Shown here piece after piece: positions 10,241-22,949 of a DNA stretch of 64,000 nt (position 1 is the first letter of the stretch; each line of letters begins with the position of its first letter). The position numbers and the translations under genes were made by a program. The notes beneath the pieces were generated by a model that made no database searches, had not been told where the DNA came from, and saw nothing but the letters and a program-made list of their open reading frames with translations. This DNA is from Macrostomum lignano (Eukaryota): assembly GCA_002269645.1 (NCBI GenBank), contig NIVC01002444.1, forward strand, positions 1-64,000, written 5' to 3'.

Positions 10241-10588
10241 CGTAGCGGCAGTACCACAGCACGATCTTGAAGATGGCCGGGTCCCTGTCGAAGTAGTACT
10301 CCTGCTGAGCTGCCCTGTAGATGCCGTCGTGCAGAAGCTTATCGTAGATGTGCCGCTGCTTCAGCAGAGTCGAGCGCAGCACCTCGAACCGGGTGCCGCT
10401 GACGTTCATGCGGACCAATCCGAGCACGTCGATGCTGTCCAAGTCCAGCGACTCGCCGCACTCCATCGAGGCCTCGTCGATGAAGTGCAGATTCTCGAAG
10501 TCTGTCTTGGCCAGCTCCAGCAGCTGCAGGCGCTGCGGGTCGCTCACTGTCGAGGACGCGCGGCTGCCCTTGCGACCTCGGCGGCCGA
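10241..10588 (-). CDS. Shaw: Kv3/Shaw-like K+ channel exon, N-terminal half of the T1 domain
   Basis: Acceptor tctcttcag|tc at 10589/10588; donor g|gtgagc at 10241/10240. VRMNVSGTRFEVLRSTL...EYYFDRDPAIFKIVLWYCRYG. Confidence 0.92.
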
Positions 10589-11016
10589 CTGAAGAGACGG
10601 GACGTCGATTTTGGGATTAAATGGAATCGTTTTTCTCAAATCCTAAAAAACTTCAAGTACTCAAAATTTCGCCTACTCAAAACTATTCTTGGTAATCAGG
10701 AAATGCAAAAATGTGAAAAAAAATTGTTCTCTAAGAGGAATTAAGTATTAATTTGTGTACCTTTTAGTGAAATTTCACATTTTGTAAATGTTTCTTTCAA
10801 AAACGTACAGAGTTACAGAAAAATTATGGAAATTCATATCATGTAAAATTTTGTTTTACAAATATATATTTGGAATATTTTGAAATACGAGTAGCCTTGT
10901 ATCATGTCTTCCAAAGTAAAGCAAAACGGTGCATGCAGATGGTGACATTTGAGAGCATTTGTTAAGTTCAGAAATAATCTGGACGGCATCGGAGGCCATG
11001 AGTTACCAATCATTAC

Positions 11017-11151
11017 CTGTGGAGTTACCCAAACCAACTCTATGAGCATCGGAGGCCGCGGCGGACGCGGAGGCACCAGAGTGGTGCTGCTCCCTGTTTG
11101 AGAAGTCGTCGACCCGTCCGACGCGTTGGCAGTGCATGCCCACGCTCAAAG
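11017..11151 (-). CDS. Candidate cassette or alternative first exon of the Kv gene (135 nt, phase 1-1; internal ATG at 11137)
   Basis: GC-rich island in an AT-rich intron; open frame LSVGMHCQRVGRVDDFSNREQHHSGASASAAASDAHRVGLGNST; donor g|gtaatg; acceptor pyrimidine tract is weak. Confidence 0.4.
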
Positions 11152-12956
11152 CTGCTCAAATCTCAGCCTCACAACCTCTGTCAAGTTTCTGATGATTTTC
11201 AATGCAGCTCACTCCTTGAATGGGATTCTAGGAAATAGAAATTCAACTTTCTTACGCATGGGAAATCTTGGTGCAAGGAAACTGATATACTGGCCCGGAA
11301 AATTTTGATTGGTCAGAAAGATTTTTGGTTGGATTTCAAGCCCCATTCTGAGCTGTCCATCCGCGATGGAGGATCTTGGTTGAAGCAGTGCGCTTCTTGC
11401 AGAATACTATAAACTTTTTACACTGGAAACTTGTTTTTATATCTGTCTGATTGGCTTTCCACACGGGGCCGCGAGGCTGGACCCGAAGTGGAATAACAAG
11501 AGAAAATAAGACATCAAATGGCCGTTAAAGACGATTCCCTCAGCGCTAAAAATAGGCCGGGTCTGCTAAAGCGATGCGAAATCCTAAAAATCACATGGCA
11601 TTCAAAAGCAAGCAATGAGAAAGAGCCCATTTGCTCTTCCGTTTGGGCCGTTCTGCGCCAGAAGTGCAGCACTTCCGGAAGGCACTTAGAAATTGATTAT
11701 GCTTGGTAAATCGGTATTGGCGCAAGATTTAGGGGAAGATAAAGATAAATGGCGTGGGATAACGAATCCAAAGCTAATTTATAGCTCCAAGGTAAGTCTG
11801 ATAGCCCACAGGCCGAGTGGGCATGAACACTATAGGGTAGAACTGCTACCTGGAGAGAGCCGGGACTAAGCAGTCTTGCCACAGGCCGTGACCTGGAGTA
11901 CTAGATCGAGTACGCACTAGGCAATGTGTTCTGCCACATGACCAGGCTGATCGACAAGCCCGTGCGTTTAGCTAAATATGAAAAAAAAATTAAATTTACA
12001 GTCACCAACATTCATCTGTGAGATCTTCATTCACTGAGACCCCAAAGGTCCGGATTTCTTGTTCTTCTTCTAATGCATGTAATATGCCAGAGGCTTTCTA
12101 CATGTCTGACAATGAGAAAGTCAGGACCTAGAAGGACTGAATCGTCTTTAGAATCGTCTAGAATCGTCTAGAATCGTCTAGAATCGCCTAGAATCGTCTT
12201 TAACGGCCATATGATGTCTTATTTTCTCTTATAAACCCTGTGAGAGCGTGTACTTCGTATGAGCGTGTCCTTGCCGCTGCTCCCATAATGCTTTCCATTG
12301 GATTTCCAATCCAGATTGGTCAGTCCAGAACTCCACGGCTGCGGCGAAGCAGGCAAACCTGCTGCGTAGAAGAAAAAAGCAGGAAATTTCTGAGCCCCCC
12401 CCAGCCTGCCACTTGCCACAGGTTCTTTGGGGAAATCGCGAAAAATTTTCATTTTATTCATTTCTTCATAAGAAACAGTTGTTCTAGTAGAAAAAAAAAT
12501 CTAGAAAATCGCGATTCGGCCTGGATTTTTACCGCCACCGGTTGAGCTTATCCCAAGGACAGCTAAAATAGGATGACGCAACACTTTGCATTTTGTTCCA
12601 ATAGGATCTTTTCCGACCCATAAAACAATAAAGTAATGGCGGTAAACTTGACCACTGTCTAAGCTGAGTTTTTTAGGAAATAAATTCGATTTCTACAAAT
12701 GACAATTCTGTTTGACAAGAGCACACTAAATTGACGAATTTACTTTTGAAAATGTGTAAGTGTAAGTTTTAACATTTTTCACTTCCTAAGTCATAACAAA
12801 AAAATGTTTTTTTAACTCAATAGATACATTATTAAAAAAATTATTTAGCTATAAAATGAACCTTGACATTAAAGAAGCTACTGAATCGTTTTAAAGTACG
12901 AATCGAAGGTAGCCTCCAATGGTAACCTTTTTCGATTTTTGCTCCCCTTTTACTTT

Positions 12957-13283
12957 CCAGGGTCATAGCTACGGTACTTACTCTCCCAGGGTCATAGCTA
13001 CGGTACTTACTCTCCCAGGGTCATAGCTACGGTACTTACTCTCCCAGGGTCATAGCTACAGTACTTACTCTCCCAGGGTCATAGCTACGGTACTTACTCT
13101 CCCAGGGTCATAGCTACGGTACTTACTCTCCCAGGGTCATAGCTACAGTACTTACTCTCCCAGGGTCATAGCTACGGTACTTACTCTCCCAGGGTCATAG
13201 CTACGGTACTTACTCTCCCAGGGTCATAGCTACGGTACTTACTCTCCCAGGGTCATAGCACTTACTCTCCCAGGGTCATAGCA
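12957..13283 (+). repeat. 29-bp minisatellite (ccagggtcatagctacggtacttactctc), about 11 copies
   Basis: Period 29 read directly. Confidence 0.95.
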
Positions 13284-13348
13284 AGAGTATTTATTCTCCC
13301 ACGTGTCGGCTCCCAGACTCTCCCCCGAAAGCTGCTGAGTCTACTCAC

Positions 13349-13834
13349 GCCTGCCCGAGTAGCCCGGCTCCTCAGCGGCCGCCAGACTGCCAGCATCCGA
13401 GACTCCAGCCTCATTAGCCGCGGCGTTGCCGGACGATGCGGATGTGGCTGCCGCCGCTGCCGCCGCTGCCGCTGCTGAGACAGCCGCCGCGGCCGCTAGG
13501 CTTTTCTTCCGGCGGAACAGCAGACTGCCCAAGCTGGGCCGACCGCCGCCGCCGCCGCCGCCACTGCTGTTGCCCTTCGCCTCGGAGCTCGCGTCTATCG
13601 AATTCGCCGGGCTGCTCCTGGCGTTGTTTCGCCTGTCATTGTTGATGTCGGCTGCGACCACTGTCGGATAGGCGACTGCGCAGGAGGAACCGCTGCTGCT
13701 CCGGCTGATGGCGGAAGTTCCAGCAGCCGCTGCCGCCGCGGCCGCGTCCACAGTTGCCGAACGGTGCTGGAGAATCCGGGCAGTCAGCCGGCCAGATGGC
13801 GGAGGCTGGCAGTAGGAAATTTTCCTCTGCTGCT

Positions 13835-13865
<31 letters not shown>

Positions 13866-13952
13866 TGCAGCCCTGGCATGCTTGCTGTTGCTGGGGTCTC
13901 TCTCTCGCAAAGAGAACTCATCAGTTGACGAGGTGTGCATAAAGTGAGCCAT
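13349..13952 (-). CDS. Shaw: Probable first coding exon of the Kv gene (low-complexity polyQ/polyA/polyG N-terminus)
   Basis: ATG at 13952 with an in-frame TAG two codons upstream; donor c|gtgagt at 13349/13348 is phase 1, matching the T1 exon. Linkage to the channel is inferred from phase and strand. Confidence 0.7.
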
Positions 13953-14649
13953 ATTCTACTGCTTTTAGAGCTCACAGACTTCGAGCTATAGAAACTGTTC
14001 TGAAAGCAAAAATATTGATATTTTTCAAGCTTACTACTCATGCATCAGTAGACGTCAGTAAATTATAAGGTAAATCAAGATTTTTATGAAATGTAGACAA
14101 TGGATAAATGTATCAATTGGAGCAATCGATAAGGGGATTACGATGGCGGCAATCAGTAGACATGCAGGTAGGCAAGGGATAACACAGCCGGCCTCTAGCG
14201 AGTCAGATTTATCTGGCCCTCCTATCTGGCCTAGACATTTTTGCCGCCCTAGCTCCGGCTCTTACAAGCTGTCTGACTGGCCATCTAGTCTGCTTGCACT
14301 TCGGTGGGCAGCTTTCGCCACTTGCCTGCCAGCGCCGGCCAGAGGGACTTATGGATGGCCGGCATTGTGGAGCTGCATTCTCAATGTTTACTAAATATTC
14401 GTTTGACCCAACCGGCCCCCACTTCGTTCATGCCGTTAGGCAGGGAAATAGCTCATTAGTATTAGCGTTCTGTAAGTACCAGTAGTCTGTTAGTCTGTTC
14501 TTTCGCTGCCGTAGAAGCTTAAACACTGAGGCTCGAGGAAGCACTTGAAGCAAAAATACACTAAGAAACAAAGACAAGGAGGATGCAGAAACACAGCCTA
14601 TATGCAGAAACACACAGTAGTGTATTTGGCTAAGACACGTACGAGTCGA

Positions 14650-15060
14650 AGACACGAAAACATGCATGAAGACACATCGACATGAAGATAGAATGACATA
14701 AAGACACGAAGACATGCATGAAGGGACATCGACCTGAAAATAAGAAGACACGAAGACATGCATGAAGGGACATCGACATGAAAATAAGAAGACACGAAGA
14801 CATGCATGAAGGCAGATCGACATGAAAATAAGAAGACACGAAGACATGCATGAAGGGACATCGACATGAAAATAAGAAGACACGAAGACATGCATGAAGG
14901 GACATCGACATGGAAATAAGAAGACACGAAGACATGCATGAAGGCAGATCGACATGAAAATAAGAAGACACGAAGACATGCATGAAGGCAGATCGACATG
15001 AAAATAAGAAGACACGAAGACATGCATGAAGGCACATCGACATGAAAATAAGAAGACGAG
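14650..15060 (+). repeat. 44-bp minisatellite (gacacgaagacatgcatgaagggacatcgacatgaaaataagaa), about 9 copies
   Basis: Period 44 (14703 to 14747). Confidence 0.93.
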
Positions 15061-16104
15061 GAGACACTGTAAACGGTCTCAAACCGAGCCCTTATGGTTA
15101 AAAAACGCTAAGCAGTCGTCTCACTTTCTCAATGAATAAATGTGACAACAGACTGGCAAAAAATAGATCTCCCACCATTCCAAATCCCTAGGCAATTAAA
15201 ACAACAAGAACAGACTCAGGATCGAGCTTGCGACCGCATTTCCCAACTGAGCACTTCTTATCGGCCAGCCTTCAGGCGGATCCCAGGAGGATCAGAGGAA
15301 GATAGAGTTCACCCCCTCCAGTTGCTATTATCCGGCCCACTGCCTGCCAGCGGGGCAGCCGCTGGAAACGGGGCCCAGAAATGAATTTGGACATCAGCGA
15401 ATCCTGGGAATAGCTATTGGATAATTTCAAGGCATCCGAAGCTATCTTTGTCGCTATGCTAGCAGCTGTCGTGTTGTCGTGTGATCCAAATCCATGACGG
15501 CCAACTACCACAATACAGAGTGTACATACCTGACGATTAATTAGAAAGGAGTCAGCGGAATGGGCAGAGTTTCGTTAGTACTCTTAAGCAAGCAACTCGA
15601 ACTCTTATTGTCCCGCTCTTATTGTTCCACTGTCTTTCTGCTTCCACTCTCCACAGCAAAATGTTACGCACAGTTAAGCTGTTTTTGATAGATGAAGCCA
15701 ATAAATTGTCTCTTTACTGCGCGCTAAATATCGCTTTATGGGAATTAGAAAACGATTTTTTCTCTTACAAACTAAACCCCGGGGAGGTCAAAACAAACCG
15801 ATGTATCATAATCTCTGCTTGCGGCCGCCAGCGCAGGGCCCTTGAATTCTGAATGCTTCGCGGGCCCCGTCGGAACTGTGATAGAAATTGAAAGGGCGAG
15901 GCCAGAAAAACAGTCGGCCGCAGAGAATTGGAAATTTCGGGCAACGTCCCAAAGTTCAGCGAAGGATTTTTTATCTAAGGCATGGATCAGCTGGGGGGGG
16001 CCTGCTTCACCTGGCCTCTACCAGGTCGCGGTCATAAAAACTTCTAATTGGAGAAAGTGGGTAGTAATGATGCTTGAGATAAATCAATCGGCTCTAATTG
16101 CGCA

Positions 16105-16655
16105 GGATCCGCCCCTATCTGCACACTATCCGCCCCTATCTGCACACGATCCGCCCCTATCTGCACACGATCCGCCCCTATCTGCACACGATCCGCCCCT
16201 ATCTGCACACGATCCGGCACTATCTGCACACGATCCGCCCCTATCTGCACACTATCCGCCCCTATCTGCACACGATCCGGCACTATCTGCACACGATCCG
16301 CCCCTATCTGCACACGATCCGCCCCTATCTGCACACGATCCGGCACTATCTGCACACGATCCGCCCCTATCTGCACACGATCCGCCCCTATCTGCACACG
16401 ATCCGGCACTATCTGCACACGATCCGCCCCTATCTGCACACGATCCGCCCCTATCTGCACACGATCAGCCCCTATCTGCACACGATCCGCCCCTATCTGC
16501 ACACGATCCGCCCCTATCTGCACACTATCCGCCCCTATTTGCACACGATCCGCCCCTATTTGCACACTATCCGCCCCGATCTGCACTCTATCCGCCCCTA
16601 TCTTTACACGATCCGCCCCGATTTGCACACGATCCGCCCCTATCTGCACACTATC
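16105..16655 (+). repeat. 21-bp minisatellite (gatccgcccctatctgcacac), about 26 copies
   Basis: Tandem periodicity. Confidence 0.95.
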
Positions 16656-17579
16656 CGCTTGATTTGCACGAAATAATGACACTAGCACTATACTTAAGCT
16701 ACCAACAAACAAGCCAAAAATAAATTGATTTGATCTCAGCCGACTCACCCAAGATGCCGAAGTTCGACTCTGGAGCGGCAGCAAGTAGAGCGGGGGCGGA
16801 GATGTGTATCGGGTCAAAGATTCGCAGCCGAGCGGCCGGTTGCTGCAGCAGAAATCCTATCTGGGACGGGTGGCGGGGAGAATAATGAGATGAGGAAACG
16901 ACTCAACTGAGTTATAGGCGAGTTGCCATGGGGCCCAGCTCAAGCTGAATGAGCAAATCCGATATGGGCAGGAGGCGGGCAAGGGCCGGGGCGCAGGTTA
17001 ATGAGCGGACAAAAGGCTGGGTGGAAATGGCCTATCAATCACGCGGGACCAGTTGCCCCCCCCCTGTTCCGCCTCCTTCTCTTTCTCTACCTGACTCGGG
17101 CGGCCGGCCTTGCGTCAACACGCCGAGGATGGCCGCTTGGTTGAGCGGCGAAGAGAGAAGCAGCCCAATACGATGACGTCTGAGATGGCAGGAGGGCAAA
17201 CGCTGATTGTGCAGGGGCCACCGTATTGCAGTTGGAGGTTAAGCTGCAGTTTTTTTAATAGGGGGATTCTGTAGTTCAAGGGAAACCAAGGGGAGGAGAA
17301 ATATCCCAAAGTGGAATGGAGGAGTAGAGCGGGATGAGGGATCGGGCGATGCCTGCTCACGATTTCAACCGGAATTGGCAGTGCGGCGCCGACTGGGAGG
17401 CGATCCGAGAGGCTGAACAAAAAAGCTTGGTCGGAGTTTGAAGTCAGGCCCTGCTGGCTTGGGCAGAGGCCTGCAAGACGACTGGGCAGCTGGATTAAAC
17501 ACTGCCAGCCAATCAGAGCGCTGCCAGGCTGGTATTGGTCTCTCGCCTCAGTTTCTGTGGCGCTGGCGGCGAATGGCCT

Positions 17580-17950
17580 GCCTGCCTGTCTGCCTCAGTG
17601 TCTGCCTCAATGCCTGCCTCAGTGTCTGCCTCAGTGTCTGCCTGAGTGTCTGCCTTAGTGTCTGCCTGAGTGTCTGCCTGAGTGTCTGCCTGAGTGTCTG
17701 CCTCAGTCTGTCTGAGTGTCTGTCTCAGTATCTGCCTGAGTATCTGCCTTAGTGTCTGCCTCAGTGTCTGCCTGAGTGTCTGCCTTAGTGTCTGCCTGAG
17801 TGTCTGCCTGAGTGTCTGCCTCAGTCTGTCTGAGTGTCTGTCTCAGTATCTGCCTGAGTGTCTGAATCAGTGTCTGCCTCAATGTCTGTCTAAGTATCTG
17901 TCTCAGTGTCTGCCTCAGTGTCTGCCTGAGTGTCTGCCTGAGTGTCTGCC
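17580..17950 (+). repeat. 12-bp minisatellite (tctgcctsagtg)
   Basis: Tandem periodicity. Confidence 0.9.
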
Positions 17951-20667
17951 GAGTCAGCGGAATGAGCAGAATTACATCTGCGCGTATGGGACGATGGGAC
18001 GTTTATGGGACTATGTCGCCGAAGGCGTTGCAACCAGGGTGGCCACAGCCTACTTGCAGATAGGTACGTGTTCAGTGTATGTCAAAAATAGAATTTTGCA
18101 GTCCCTACGTGAAAGCCACCAATACGATTGTACGCAGCATTCGGTCGTCATAGACTTTAGGCAGGCGATTTCGCAGCCGCATCTTCACGCTGCTCCACCT
18201 TCCGAGCTTCTCTGTCTCGGTCTTCGGGATGCGATAAAAGTCAAATATTTGCCAAATTGGATGCCAATCCCGCGAAATTTTTCTTTCCCAATTTGCAAAG
18301 TCAACTTCATCAAAAACTAAGGGAAAAGGAGACTGGGGGAGGATCCCGCGCGAGGGAGTAAACAGAGAAGAGGAGGGAGGACCCGCGGTCTGGCCGGCAA
18401 CGAGAGCGCAAGTTCAAACAAGCTTCATTGGACGGGAGGGAGAAGGTAAGGACCCGAGCTTCTCGGAGATCCATTCGAGTCCGGTTTTGCTGAATTTTAG
18501 CTTCGATTTCTTTCTGTCACCTTCTGTCCTCAACGGACTGTTGCCCATTTTCCTTGAGCCTTCATTTTAAGGGACCATTTATCAGTCCTGACAAGTTAAA
18601 AAAGTTCCTGATAAATTTGAGCATTACGATATACTCGTAAAATCAGAGCTACCAATGTTAGTTCCCGTCTGACTGTCTTCTAAATGTTGATGACTCAAAG
18701 TGGTATTATATAATTGCCTCATTGTAAACACGATTCAAGAACACGGGCTAACTTTTTGTTGCGCACCTTCTCAAACAAGAATCAAGTCGCCAGCCCTCCG
18801 GACCGTTGAGATATTCGACGATTCTGCCAGAAGGTCGGATTTTTTCCTTAAGCGCCAGTGTGTTCAATGTAACACTGTGCGCCAATCAGCCCTGCGCCTC
18901 AGTGCAGCCTTGCCAAGCCTCCAAATTTCATCGACCACGTGTGTCTGCTTTAGCTCTGACTTCGTTAGTAACTGGTCTGCACCCAGGCGGAGCTTCTGGA
19001 CCTTCAACAGGTGGTACTAAGTCACTATGGACATGCTGATGCAACTTTCTCGAGTTTCGCTGATCAAGCCTCGACTGCTGGACATACTCAGCAAGTCTCT
19101 CAAGCATTCAGTCACCCCCTTTTTCATTCTTTCTCTCGCAACCTTGCTGAGGCAAAAATGTCTATGGCACAAAGCTACTACAAACTACTGCAAGTAGATG
19201 CAAACTACTCGTAATTGCAAATAACGGTTGCATTAGGATAACGTTGAATCAGCCAGTCAGAATACAGAATATTTAAATTTGTCTGCTTTCACGCTAATAC
19301 GCGTACGATAGCTAAATATGGATAGAGAGAGACTATAACGCTTGCTCTGTTGCACCCGCTGTGCCATGTTTGGAGGGAAGAAGTCTGCGCGAAAATCAGA
19401 GTAGCAGACAGGAGTTATGATTGCATACAGGGATTCAGAGCAGAAGAGCAACTTTGCTGACACCAGGAATCGGTAATGGATGACTTTGTACGAGAGCGAG
19501 AATTGTGGAATTAATCTGGAAATTGGTTTGCTCTCGATATCCCCCTCTCACTCACTCTGTCCCTTCGCCGACTCGGTGCTTTTGAACCGAAAAATGTTCT
19601 ATTGGGGGCTGTAAAACATAATTCCAAAGATTGCAGGATGCAGTGGGGAGTCTGCCAGAGAGATATTGGCTAATAAAATGATCATGAAAAAGGCCGAGAG
19701 GACGAGGCGCCGACTAACTTTCAATTCTCTCTTTCTACCAACCGCGTTAGTACTCTTACAAGAATGGATCGTAAATTGTCAGCTTCCGTCTAAGCTCCAT
19801 CCCGCGCACCGCTCGCAGGAGATAGGGATCGGTATCGACAGGCCATTTACTAAGAGAACAGGCGTCAGCAGAGAGTACACTGAGCTATGCACGCAGATTT
19901 TTTTCTGACACTCGCAACAACAACAACAACAACAAAATACGCTGTCAGGATGGCAAAAGTCAGCGTCACAGGGCGCGCTTCATGGCTTGGGCGCGAACAA
20001 AGGCCGCGCCACCGGCAGTGTCCGGGGCGCCGGCGTCAGCCAGCAGACAGTCGACGTAACGCCGAGTTCGCGCTTGACCTCACCGGTAGGGTGCCTGCAG
20101 CGTGAGCAGCAGCACCTCCTGCACCGGCTGTGGGCAGTACGACTCGGCGCGGATGAGATGGCCTGCGCAAAGTCAGTCGCAAAGTCAAGTCGCTAAAAGA
20201 ATAGATGGGCGATCAGTCAACCGGCCAAGCCATTCTGAGTCTACAGAACTGCAGAACTTGCACTGCTCGCCACTGTCAGTGTGCCTATATGCGTTACATT
20301 CTGGCAGCACACAATGAGGCTTAATAACGCAAATTGCCGCATCTCCTCCGCTTGATGATGGCCGAGAAAAAATCGCATTATCTGGTCAGCCTTTTTTGGC
20401 CCGGGTGGTACACTGAAACAAAGTAAACTTGGTCTTAGTAAACTTGTAGGTTTGTGTAGCTCCCAGTGATCTCTGCTGTTCTGTCGTGAGTAAGTTCAAC
20501 GGTTGCTTTTGCTTGCGAGCGCACGAAATGTTTCGATTGCAGGCACGCTTCATACGAAAGTGGAGAAGTCGCTGCAGAGAGCTTCTCTCACAGACAAAGT
20601 TTTCTGGGCAAATTTAATTTCATCAGCAGTGCAGAGAGTTTCCAACGACCACTACAAATCACTTAGT

Positions 20668-20790
20668 CTGGGGGTCGGAAAACTCCCCGGAGTTTGTGGG
20701 CCATCAGCCACATGCGGCCTGCCAGGCCTCCCTATCCGGCCCTCGGGTCCTTCGAAACTTCACAATAGCAATCCCAAGGTTTGTGTCTCT
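20668..20790 (+). mobile_element. Second hAT-like terminus remnant, related to 9129-9250, also followed by a CT-rich tract
   Basis: Shared sequence gccacatgcggc...tcgggtcctt.gaaacttcacaatagcaatcc...aaggtttgtgtctcttc. Confidence 0.5.
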
Positions 20791-21444
20791 TCTTAGCTCT
20801 CTTCTTTCTTCTCTCTTCTCTTCCCTGCTCTCTCTCCTCTTTTTCGTCTCACTCTCGTTTCCTCTCTCATTTCCTCTCTCATTCTATCTCTCCTCCTCTC
20901 ATAATCTCTCTCTCTTCTCTACTATCTTCTCTTATCTCCTCTCCCCTTCTATTCCCTCTCCTAGCTGGGTTAGTCAAGCAAGGTTAGTTAATCAGGTTAG
21001 TCAAGCATGAGAAACTAAAGTGGAAGGGCACCGAACTCACAAATCTTGCAAATTTTGCCGGTTTTCACTACAAAATTGAAACTAATTCACAATACCTCAA
21101 ATTCTGAACTTCCAAATTGCAAATCAAGCAAGTGTGTCAAGCCATTTTTATGATTTTTACCGGAGACAAGCAGGCCAACAAAATTCTGGCGAAATTTCTA
21201 CTGTTCCTGCCTCTTTAGTGCATTTTAGATGGTCTTTCTATACCGATTTTGTCTATGGCAAAATCCCCATTTTGCGTTGTGCAATATACGAGTCTAAAAC
21301 GAGTAAACGAGTACGAGTAAAGTGTACTATCAAATCACGAGAATATTAGCAGATGGAGGCGGGTCTCTATACGAGTTAATCGTCCTATCCTCAGAGGCGC
21401 AACTGCCAGTACTACTGGCCGTACTACTGGAACTGTACCTAGCC

Positions 21445-21862
21445 CAGGGGCGTAGCCAGGAATTTTGATTGGGGGGCCGTGAGTTAGGGGGCGCCAGCTT
21501 CTTATAGGGGGGGCGCCAGTTTCTTTTAGGGGGGGGCGCCAGTTTCTTATAGGGGGGCGCCAGTTTCTTATAGGGGGGGGGGGCGCCAGTTTCTTATAGG
21601 GGGGGGGGGGCACCAGTTTCTTTTAGGGGGGGGCGCCAAGGCCAGAGTTTTCTTTTAGGGGGGGGGGCGCCAGTTTCTTTTAGGGGAGGGGCGCCAGTTT
21701 CTTTTAGGGGGGGGGCGCCAGTTTCTTATAGGGGGGGGGGGGCGCCAGTTTCTTATAGGGGGGGGGGCACCAGTTTCTTTTAGGGGGGGGGCGCCAAGGC
21801 CAGAGTTGGTTGATTGGGGGGGGGCCACGGCCGTCCTTGCCCCCCCTCTGGCTACGCCCCTG
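21445..21862. mobile_element. MITE with perfect 15-bp TIRs (CAGGGGCGTAGCCAG) and an internal G-run repeat
   Basis: caggggcgtagccag at 21445 and ctggctacgcccctg ending 21862. cctagcc occurs on both flanks (right copy offset by 3 nt, so the TSD is imperfect). Interior is about 21-bp gccagtttcttataggggggg repeats. Confidence 0.8.
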
Positions 21863-22949
21863 AGTCCTAGCCACCTTCGATAAGTAAATATATCGCACTC
21901 GTTACACAGTCAATTCCTCCCGAGGATTAGGGTGGATCCAAATCCAAATCCAAAAAGCTGGTTAAGCGAGCAAGACAGAAAAAAGCACAAATTAAAAATG
22001 TAAGCCAAATTTATTTCCATACTTGACTTTTCTTCTTGACATGACGCGCAATTGTGGGCCGGTCTTCAAATTGTTTTAGCCATTCCTGCTGTAATTGAAA
22101 TGAATTGTGCAGCATTGGAACATCGCAAAAAACTTCAAGGTGAGGCAGCACCAGCTTCTTTGGCTCTTGGGTCTCTTGCTTTTTTTATGCGGAATGAACT
22201 CACAAAACACCGACTAACTGCTGTATGCGCAGTTGCACTAATCTCAAAGTATTCCCATTTTGCTGGTTTCTTGATCTCCCAGCGGTTTGTCGTTAGCTTT
22301 GATTCCACTTAATAACTGTCGTACGGCATAGTTCTTCATCTACAGCAAAGCATGGAACGCTAGCTGATGTTTTACGAGCTAGATTCAATTTATCCACCCT
22401 ACCAAAATTCCATGATTGCATGCAGTCTTGCCGGTCAAACTATGGAGATTTCTAACGAAAAATATTCAATGTCATTCTAACTTTATGATGACGGATTGTG
22501 CTTTCGTTCAAAAGCAAGGTAAGAAGGTATTCGTTGCTGCTTGATTTTATTCAGACCAATAATTGGATGAATTACGGCCGATAACACGCCTGACTCTCGA
22601 GCCAGTCACCTCGGGCTCGATTCCAAAAGCAATCGTATACGAAAATTTCCTTGCGGTTACGTCAATGAAAACCAACTCTTAAGCTCAAAGTTGTACAATG
22701 ACAAGAAATTTAGAAGTCAGGATCATTTCAAATCATGCGAGTGTTTAACTAACTTGGCTTGGCTTAGGGCATCGACGGGCAGATGCAGCGAGGAGGCGTA
22801 GGAGACTGTCCATTCCGCTAGCCCCTGGCTGGCGACCAATGACTTCCGTTGAAGTGGTGTCGCTCAGGGGGACCCGTCGGTTTTGCCTGCGGTCCTCCTC
22901 TCCAGCGGTGGGGAAGAGCTCAGCTCGTCCCGCGTCCCTGAGGTACCGG

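Noticed and set aside
11700-11790. LAQDLGEDKDKWRGIT as an RTE-LINE C-terminal remnant
   Set aside because: Too short and no upstream RT motifs were found
15842-16817. Long repetitive ORFs (also 35084-35917, 40645-41802, 47983-49489, 62608-63611)
   Set aside because: Stop-free frames produced by minisatellites/microsatellites; open in several frames on both strands
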